Positions 15,701 through 28,629 of a stretch of DNA of 64,000 nt are shown here, piece by piece. The notes beneath the pieces were generated by a model. It saw only the letters and a program-made list of their open reading frames with translations, did no database searches and was not told the origin of the DNA. The DNA comes from Paragordius varius (lineage: Eukaryota > Animalia > Nematomorpha). The stretch covers positions 5,394,001 to 5,458,000 of the forward strand of contig OZ176054.1 in assembly GCA_964247055.1 (NCBI GenBank). Reading direction: 5' to 3'. The translations under genes were made by a program, and so were the position numbers. How positions within the stretch are numbered: the stretch's first letter is position 1; every line of letters begins with the position of its first letter.

Positions 15701-18700
15701 CCCGTAAAATGCCATTTTTTTCAAAAAAAAACAAAGTCCACAAAAATATTTTTTTGATTGTATTTTTTTGTCCACGGTATGAGACTGTAAAAATTCGAGA
15801 AAGATTTTTCGTATTGCCTGTTAAAAGGCAAAAATTTTAGTCAAGCGTTTCTTTGATGATAGCTGCTGAGTAAGGAGTATCTATCATATGTATAGCATGT
15901 TAAAAGATATATGGATATTAATACATTATTTATCCTCATCTATATATTTATAAAAATGGAAAATGCTGGCTTTGTGATCTGGTACAGGAAAACCGGTAGA
16001 CCCAATCAAATCCAAATATCGAAAAAATATAATCATTAATAAATGTCCCGACAATAGCTTCGCCCTTTTTTTGAAATAGGCCCCCAGTTCGGGCCCACCC
16101 CGTATGAAAAACGGGTTTTTTTTGAAAACAGAAGTCCACAAAATCGTGTTTTTGAGACAATTTTCCGGAGAACGTGTTGGACCATTCAATTTCAAATATG
16201 ATTTTTGTTTACTTATTTTCGATTGCGCCGAACATAGTCGAGTCACTTTTTTGATTTAGGCCCTCTTTTTACCCGCTCCCCCCGTAAAATGCCATTTTTT
16301 TCAAAAAACAAAGTCCACAAAAATAATTTTTTAAATCGATTTTTCGTCCTAGGTATGAGACTGTAAAAATTCGAGAAAGATTTTTCGTATTGCCTGTTAA
16401 AAGGCAAAAATTTTAGTCAAGCGTTTCTTTGATGATAGCTGCTGAGTAAGGAGTATCTATCATATGTATAGCATGTTAAAAGATATATGGATATTAATAC
16501 ATTATTTATCCTCATCTATATATTTATAAAAATGGAAAATGCTGGCTTTGTGATCTGGTACAGGAAAACCGGTAGACCCAATCAAATCCAAATATCGAAA
16601 AAATATAATCATTAATAAATGTCCCGACAATAGCTTCGCCCTTTTTTTGAAATATGCCCCCAGTTCGGGCCCACCCCGTATGAAAAACGGGTTTTTTTTG
16701 AAAACAGAAGTCCACAAAATCGTGTTTTTGAGACAATTTTCCGGAGAACGTGTTGGACCATTCAATTTCAAATATGATTTTTGTTTACTTATTTTCGATT
16801 GCGCCGAACATAGTCGAGTCACTTTTTTGATTTAGGCCCTCTTTTTACCCGCTCCCCCCGTAAAATGCCATTTTTTTCAAAAAACAAAGTCCACAAAAAT
16901 AATTTTTTAAATCGATTTTTCGTCCTAGGTATGAGACTGTAAAAATTCGAGAAAGATTTTTCGTATTGCCTGTTAAAAGGCAAAAATTTTAGTCAAGCGT
17001 TTCTTTGATGATAGCTGCTGAGTAAGGAGTATCTATCATATGTATAGCATGTTAAAAGATATATGGATATTAATACATTATTTATCCTCATCTATATATT
17101 TATAAAAATGGAAAATGCTGGCTTTGTGATCTGGTACAGGAAAACCAGTAGACCCAATCAAATCCAAATATCGAAAAAATATAATCATTAATAAATGTCC
17201 CGACAATAGCTTCGCCCTTTTTTTGAAATAGGCCCCCAGTTCGGGCCCACCCCGTATGAAAAACGGGTTTTTTTTGAAAACAGAAGTCCACAAAATCGTG
17301 TTTTTGAGACAATTTTCCGGAGAACGTGTTGGACCATTCAATTTCAAATATGATTTTTGTTTACTTATTTTCGATTGCGCCGAACATAGTCGAGTCACTT
17401 TTTTGATTTAGGCCCTCTTTTTACCCGCTCCCCCCGTAAAATGCCATTTTTTTCAAAAAACAAAGTCCACAAAAATAATTTTTTAAATCGATTTTTCGTC
17501 CTAGGTATGAGACTGTAAAAATTCGAGAAAGATTTTTCGTATTGCCTGTTAAAAGGCAAAAATTTTAGTCAAGCGTTTCTTTGATGATAGCTGCTGAGTA
17601 AGGAGTATCTATCATATGTATAGCATGTTAAAAGATATATGGATATTAATACATTATTTATCCTCATCTATATATTTATAAAAATGGAAAATGCTGGCTT
17701 TGTGATCTGGTACAGGAAAACCGGTAGACCCAATCAAATCCAAATATCGAAAAAATATAATCATTAATAAATGTCCCGACAATAGCTTCGCCCTTTTTTT
17801 GAAATATGCCCCCAGTTCGGGCCCACCCCGTATGAAAAACGGGTTTTTTTTGAAAACAGAAGTCCACATCGTGTTTTTGAGACAATTTTCCGGAGAACGT
17901 GTTGGACCATTCAATTTCAAATATGATTTTTGTTTACTTATTTTCGATTGCGCCGAACATAGTCGAGTCACTTTTTTGATTTAGGCCCTCTTTTTACCCG
18001 CTCCCCCCGTAAAATGCCATTTTTTTCAAAAAACAAAGTCCACAAAAATAATTTTTTAAATCGATTTTTCGTCCTAGGTATGAGACCTTAAAAATTCAAT
18101 AAAGATTCCACGTATTCCCTGTTAAAAGGCAAAAATTTTAGTCCACCGTTTATTTGATGATAGCTGCTGGGTAAGGAGCTACCCGCTAAAAACTGATTTT
18201 TCATATAACTTTGTGATCTGTTTCCGGAAAACCGGTGAACCCATTCAAATCCAAACATCGAAAAAATATAATCATTAATGAATGCCCCGACAATAGCTTC
18301 GCCCTTTTTTGGAATTAGGTCCCCAGTTTGGGCCCACCCCGTGTGAAAAATGGGTTAAGTCAATTTTTTGGAGAACGTGTTGGACCATTCAATTTCAAAT
18401 ATGATTTTTGTTTACTTATTTTCGATTGCGCCGAACATAGTCGAGTCACTTTTTTGATTTAGGCCCTCTTTTTACCCGCTACCCCCGTAAAATGCCATTT
18501 TTTTCAAAAAAAAACAAAGTCCACAAAAATATTTTTTTGATTGTATTTTTTTGTCCACGGTATGAGACTGTAAAAATTCGAGAAAGATTTTTCGTATTGC
18601 CTGTTAAAAGGCAAAAATTTTAGTCAAGCGTTTCTTTGATGATAGCTGCTGAGTAAGGAGTATCTATCATATGTATAGCATGTTAAAAGTTATATGGATA

Positions 18701-21700
18701 TTAATACATTATTTATCCTCATCTATATATTTATAAAAATGGAAAATGCTGGCTTTGTGATCTGGTACAGGAAAACCGGTAGACCCAATCAAATCCAAAT
18801 ATCGAAAAAATATAATCATTAATAAATGTCCCGACAATAGCTTCGCCCTTTTTTTGAAATATGCCCCCAGTTCGGGCCCACCCCGTATGAAAAACGGGTT
18901 TTTTTTGAAAACAGAAGTCCACATCGTGTTTTTGAGACAATTTTCCGGAGAACGTGTTGGACCATTCAATTTCAAATATGATTTTTGTTTACTTATTTTC
19001 GATTGCGCCGAACATAGTCGAGTCACTTTTTTGATTTAGGCCCTCTTTTTACCCGCTCCCCCCGTAAAATGCCATTTTTTTCAAAAAACAAAGTCCACAA
19101 AAATAATTTTTTAAATCGATTTTTCGTCCTAGGTATGAGACCTTAAAAATTCAATAAAGATTCCACGTATTCCCTGTTAAAAGGCAAAAATTTTAGTCCA
19201 CCGTTTATTTGATGATAGCTGCTGGGTAAGGAGCTACCCGCTAAAAACTGATTTTTCATATAACTTTGTGATCTGTTTCCGGAAAACCGGTGAACCCATT
19301 CAAATCCAAACATCGAAAAAATATAATCATTAATGAATGCCCCGACAATAGCTTCGCCCTTTTTTGGAATTAGGTCCCCAGTTTGGGCCCACCCCGTGTG
19401 AAAAATGGGTTAAGTCAATTTTTTGGAGAACGTGTTGGACCATTCAATTTCAAATATGATTTTTGTTTACTTATTTTCGATTGCGCCGAACATAGTCGAG
19501 TCACTTTTTTGATTTAGGCCCTCTTTTTACCCGCTACCCCCGTAAAATGCCATTTTTTTCAAAAAAAAACAAAGTCCACAAAAATATTTTTTTGATTGTA
19601 TTTTTTTGTCCACGGTATGAGACTGTAAAAATTCGAGAAAGATTTTTCGTATTGCCTGTTAAAAGGCAAAAATTTTAGTCAAGCGTTTCTTTGATGATAG
19701 CTGCTGAGTAAGGAGTATCTATCATATGTATAGCATGTTAAAAGATATATGGATATTAATACATTATTTATCCTCATCTATATATTTATAAAAATGGAAA
19801 ATGCTGGCTTTGTGATCTGGTACAGGAAAACCGGTAGACCCAATCAAATCCAAATATCGAAAAAATATAATCATTAATAAATGTCCCGACAATAGCTTCG
19901 CCCTTTTTTTGAAATAGGCCCCCAGTTCGGGCCCACCCCGTATGAAAAACGGGTTTTTTTTGAAAACAGAAGTCCACAAAATCGTGTTTTTGAGACAATT
20001 TTCCGGAGAACGTGTTGGACCATTCAATTTCAAATATGATTTTTGTTTACTTATTTTCGATTGCGCCGAACATAGTCGAGTCACTTTTTTGATTTAGGCC
20101 CTCTTTTTACCCGCTCCCCCCGTAAAATGCCATTTTTTTCAAAAAACAAAGTCCACAAAAATAATTTTTTAAATCGATTTTTCGTCCTAGGTATGAGACT
20201 GTAAAAATTCGAGAAAGATTTTTCGTATTGCCTGTTAAAAGGCAAAAATTTTAGTCAAGCGTTTCTTTGATGATAGCTGCTGAGTAAGGAGTATCTATCA
20301 TATGTATAGCATGTTAAAAGATATATGGATATTAATACATTATTTATCCTCATCTATATATTTATAAAAATGGAAAATGCTGGCTTTGTGATCTGGTACA
20401 GGAAAACCGGTAGACCCAATCAAATCCAAATATCGAAAAAATATAATCATTAATAAATGTCCCGACAATAGCTTCGCCCTTTTTTTGAAATATGCCCCCA
20501 GTTCGGGCCCACCCCGTATGAAAAACGGGTTTTTTTTGAAAACAGAAGTCCACAAAATCGTGTTTTTGAGACAATTTTCCGGAGAACGTGTTGGACCATT
20601 CAATTTCAAATATGATTTTTGTTTACTTATTTTCGATTGCGCCGAACATAGTCGAGTCACTTTTTTGATTTAGGCCCTCTTTTTACCCGCTCCCCCCGTA
20701 AAATGCCATTTTTTTCAAAAAACAAAGTCCACAAAAATAATTTTTTAAATCGATTTTTCGTCCTAGGTATGAGACTGTAAAAATTCGAGAAAGATTTTTC
20801 GTATTGCCTGTTAAAAGGCAAAAATTTTAGTCAAGCGTTTCTTTGATGATAGCTGCTGAGTAAGGAGTATCTATCATATGTATAGCATGTTAAAAGATAT
20901 ATGGATATTAATACATTATTTATCCTCATCTATATATTTATAAAAATGGAAAATGCTGGCTTTGTGATCTGGTACAGGAAAACCGGTAGACCCAATCAAA
21001 TCCAAATATCGAAAAAATATAATCATTAATAAATGTCCCGACAATAGCTTCGCCCTTTTTTTGAAATATGCCCCCAGTTCGGGCCCACCCCGTATGAAAA
21101 ACGGGTTTTTTTTGAAAACAGAAGTCCACAAAATCGTGTTTTTGAGACAATTTTCCGGAGAACGTGTTGGACCATTCAATTTCAAATATGATTTTTGTTT
21201 ACTTATTTTCGATTGCGCCGAACATAGTCGAGTCACTTTTTTGATTTAGGCCCTCTTTTTACCCGCTCCCCCCGTAAAATGCCATTTTTTTCAAAAAACA
21301 AAGTCCACAAAAATAATTTTTTAAATCGATTTTTCGTCCTAGGTATGAGACTGTAAAAATTCGAGAAAGATTTTTCGTATTGCCTGTTAAAAGGCAAAAA
21401 TTTTAGTCAAGCGTTTCTTTGATGATAGCTGCTGAGTAAGGAGTATCTATCATATGTATAGCATGTTAAAAGATATATGGATATTAATACATTATTTATC
21501 CTCATCTATATATTTATAAAAATGGAAAATGCTGGCTTTGTGATCTGGTACAGGAAAACCGGTAGACCCAATCAAATCCAAATATCGAAAAAATATAATC
21601 ATTAATAAATGTCCCGACAATAGCTTCGCCCTTTTTTTGAAATAGGCCCCCAGTTCGGGCCCACCCCGTATGAAAAACGGGTTTTTTTTGAAAACAGAAG

Positions 21701-23137
21701 TCCACAAAATCGTGTTTTTGAGACAATTTTCCGGAGAACGTGTTGGACCATTCAATTTCAAATATGATTTTTGTTTACTTATTTTCGATTGCGCCGAACA
21801 TAGTCGAGTCACTTTTTTGATTTAGGCCCTCTTTTTACCCGCTCCCCCCGTAAAATGCCATTTTTTTCAAAAAACAAAGTCCACAAAAATAATTTTTTAA
21901 ATCGATTTTTCGTCCTAGGTATGAGACTGTAAAAATTCGAGAAAGATTTTTCGTATTGCCTGTTAAAAGGCAAAAATTTTAGTCAAGCGTTTCTTTGATG
22001 ATAGCTGCTGAGTAAGGAGTATCTATCATATGTATAGCATGTTAAAAGATATATGGATATTAATACATTATTTATCCTCATCTATATATTTATAAAAATG
22101 GAAAATGCTGGCTTTGTGATCTGGTACAGGAAAACCGGTAGACCCAATCAAATCCAAATATCGAAAAAATATAATCATTAATAAATGTCCCGACAATAGC
22201 TTCGCCCTTTTTTTGAAATATGCCCCCAGTTCGGGCCCACCCCGTATGAAAAACGGGTTTTTTTTGAAAACAGAAGTCCACAAAATCGTGTTTTTGAGAC
22301 AATTTTCCGGAGAACGTGTTGGACCATTCAATTTCAAATATGATTTTTGTTTACTTATTTTCGATTGCGCCGAACATAGTCGAGTCACTTTTTTGATTTA
22401 GGCCCTCTTTTTACCCGCTCCCCCCGTAAAATGCCATTTTTTTCAAAAAACAAAGTCCACAAAAATAATTTTTTAAATCGATTTTTCGTCCTAGGTATGA
22501 GACCTTAAAAATTCAATAAAGATTCCACGTATTCCCTGTTAAAAGGCAAAAATTTTAGTCCACCGTTTATTTGATGATAGCTGCTGGGTAAGGAGCTACC
22601 CGCTAAAAACTGATTTTTCATATAACTTTGTGATCTGTTTCCGGAAAACCGGTGAACCCATTCAAATCCAAACATCGAAAAAATATAATCATTAATGAAT
22701 GCCCCGACAATAGCTTCGCCCTTTTTTGGAATTAGGTCCCCAGTTTGGGCCCACCTCGTGTGAAAAATGGGTTAAGTCAATTTTTTGGAGAACGTGTTGG
22801 ACCATTCAATTTCAAATATGATTTTTGTTTACTTATTTTCGATTGCGCCGAACATAGTCGAGCCACCTTTTTGATTTAGGCCCTCTTTTTACCCGCTCCC
22901 CCCGTAAAATGCCATTTTTTTCAAAAAAAACAAAGTCCACAAAAATATTTTTTTGATTGTATTTTTTTGCCCACGGTATGAGACTGTAAAAATTCGAGAA
23001 GGTTTTTTCGTATTGCCTGTTAAAAGGCAAAAATTTTGGTCAAGCGTTTCTTTGATGATAGATGCTGAGTAAGGAGTATCTATCATATGTATAGCATGTT
23101 AATAGATATATGGATATTAAAACATTATTTATGGTAA
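712..23137. repeat. Tandem satellite-like array: 1 trimer (~1.54 kb), 16 dimers (~1049-1058 bp), 7 monomers (576 bp)
   Basis: Near-identical units. Periods were read from the repeated ORF coordinates (e.g. 6461/7510/8559/9608; 15926/16502/17078/17654; 19764/20340/20916/21492/22068). Each dimer has two diverged subunits (A, B) sharing motifs such as CCGACAATAGCTTCGCCC and GGACCATTCAATTTCAAATATG. Confidence 0.97.
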
Positions 23138-23228
23138 TCTATATATTTATAAAAATGGAAAATGCTGGCTTTGTGATCTACAGGAAAAACGGTACACCCA
23201 TTCAAATCCAAACTTCGAACCCCCCCCA

Positions 23229-23279
23229 GAAGTCCGAAGGACTTCCTCGGGCTGCGTAGCAGCACGAGATTCACGCTAG
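23229..23279 (+). terminator. Helitron 3' terminator: two tandem GC-rich hairpins plus CTAG
   Basis: GAAGTCC-GAA-GGACTTC (23229-23245, perfect 7-bp stem) and CTCG.GCTGC-GTA-GCAGC.CGAG (23246-23268, 9/10-bp stem), then ATTCACG-CTAG. Confidence 0.8.
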
Positions 23280-23730
23280 TAAAATTTATAAATTTTTGGA
23301 AGCTCTTATTATTATGATAAAATCACGCATTATGGTAAATTATAAATAAATCATTCAAAACACTTTACATTTAAACGCCAAAAAAATTCATTTTTTACCG
23401 ATTATTCATAATTAATTAATCGATGAGTCAAGCCAAAATCATTTAAAAAATTGGCGTTTATCCATTCACTAATATAACGAAAAAAAAATGATTTTTAACC
23501 CTGCCTTTGTCTTATTTTCAAAATGCAATAATAAATAACAAAAAAATAAACTGTGTGTGTAAACGCATTTGTTACGTGTCCTTGAAATCATACTCATTAT
23601 ATTATATTTTTTTATTGTTAAACGCGAGAACAAAACGCGCACACACACAAACGAATACGTATAAGAAAAAAAGAGGATATCGCTTTTCATTGTACATTTT
23701 TCTTTATAAACCTTTCACCTCTTCTCCATT

Positions 23731-24654
23731 ATGTCATACCGCGGCGAAATATCTATCCCTGTGAGAAGTGAAAGCCGTCATTTCTGGAATAATTCAAACG
23801 ATGATTATGCCATACGGAGGCGGTTTGATGAAGAAAGAAGACGAATGGAAGCCGAAATGAATCGATTGAAACAAAAATTTCACAGGGAAGACAGCGCTGG
23901 ACCCTCTCGTGATTTTTATTCATCTGATCGATATAGACCAAGAGAAGCTGTTCCCTTCTACGATGAGAATATAAGGGCCCCGGTTATCCCCATTCAACAA
24001 CCACCAACAAGCCAGAGACCGGAATGGAGAGTCGTTGAAACGGGTAGAGATGGAAGCAAATGGGTTAACCTAAAATTTGATATGGCTGACTACCGTCCAG
24101 ATGAGATTCAAGTTTTTGTGGATCGTGATACATTACGCGTAAAGGCAAAACACGAAGAATCAAACCCAAATAGGTTAATTTTTATCCAATTCATAAAATT
24201 TTAAGCGTTACCACAGTTTTGCGTATTTTGCATCCGAAAGAATACTTAGTTCAAATAATTAAACGAAAGTAGAATTTTTTAAACCATTAATCAAAATTCT
24301 GCTATTTAAATGATTATAGAAATTTTATTTTTTATGAAGTTTAGCGCAAAACAAAATATATATAGCGGCTAATTTGGGATAATAATTTTTTACAATTTTA
24401 CACATAATTTGTGATTGATAGACTAAAGTATTAAAATTGACTTTGATCGATTCTAAATCTTAATAGTTGTGGGTGTAATAAAGTATTAACCTTACTAAAC
24501 CACATTTAGATCATGTTATCGAGAATATAATCGGGAATTTACACTCCCTTCTGCAATCAATAGTAATCAAATAACGTCTCATTTATCAAGAGATGGAATT
24601 TTAACCGTTGAAGCACCTCTACCATATGAATATCCCAACAGAAACTGGAATTAA
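23731..24654 (+). CDS. Small heat-shock protein (HSP20/alpha-crystallin domain), 2 exons: 23731-24173, 24510-24654
   Basis: Exon 1 ...WVNLKFDMADYRPDEIQVFVDRDTLRVKAKHEESNPN, donor AG|gt at 24173/4. Exon 2 SCYREYNREFTLPSAINSNQITSHLSRDGILTVEAP...NWN* carries the typical alpha-crystallin REF..L.P / LS.DGILTV.AP motif. Confidence 0.92.
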
Positions 24655-24785
24655 AGTTAATGCTATCCATTAGTGATCCAATTATCTCAAAAAACAATAT
24701 TATAGTCATCATAGTTCAAACATGTGTATATTTATTAATTTATTTATCATTTTTTGTACAAATTATATAGGATAGAGACAGATAT

Positions 24786-28607
<3,822 letters not shown>

Positions 28608-28629
28608 CTGATAAATTGATTTGAATTTG

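Larger units (their letters stand above)
712..23279 (+). mobile_element. Non-autonomous Helitron amplified into a tandem array (25 5' termini, one 3' terminus)
   Basis: Starts A|TCTATATATTTATAAAAATGG at 712. Ends with hairpin CTCGGGCTGC-GTA-GCAGCACGAG (23246-23268), 7 nt, then CTAG|T (23276-23279). Inserted between A and T with no TSD, as established for Helitrons. No Rep/helicase ORF. Confidence 0.85.

Noticed and set aside
702-23086. Dozens of repeated 60-106-aa ORFs (MTRLCSAQ..., MSQKHDF..., MKYAPSS...) in the ORF track
   Set aside because: They are overlapping frames on both strands of a non-coding repeat unit, have no recognisable domain, and appear or vanish with single substitutions.
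712-23137. CRISPR array, rDNA/5S/histone repeat, or telomere interpretation of the array
   Set aside because: Units are 0.5-1 kb with no unique spacers, no rRNA, tRNA or histone sequence, and no short telomeric motif. The context is eukaryotic and the ends match Helitron termini.
712-23279. Calling the array a centromere
   Set aside because: It has higher-order structure, but it is only 22.6 kb and lies between genes. Nothing in the sequence shows CENP-A binding.
23280-23730. Heat-shock elements upstream of the sHSP gene
   Set aside because: No convincing array of three or more alternating nGAAn units was seen; a TATA-like TATAAA at ~23705 alone is weak in AT-rich DNA.
24174-24204. C-terminal LIFIQFIKF* of the 157-aa ORF
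   Set aside because: Intron read-through; the alpha-crystallin domain is completed by the exon at 24510-24654.
28621-28629. TTG start for the SAC3 ORF given by the track
   Set aside because: Eukaryotic gene; the in-frame ATG three codons later is the plausible start.
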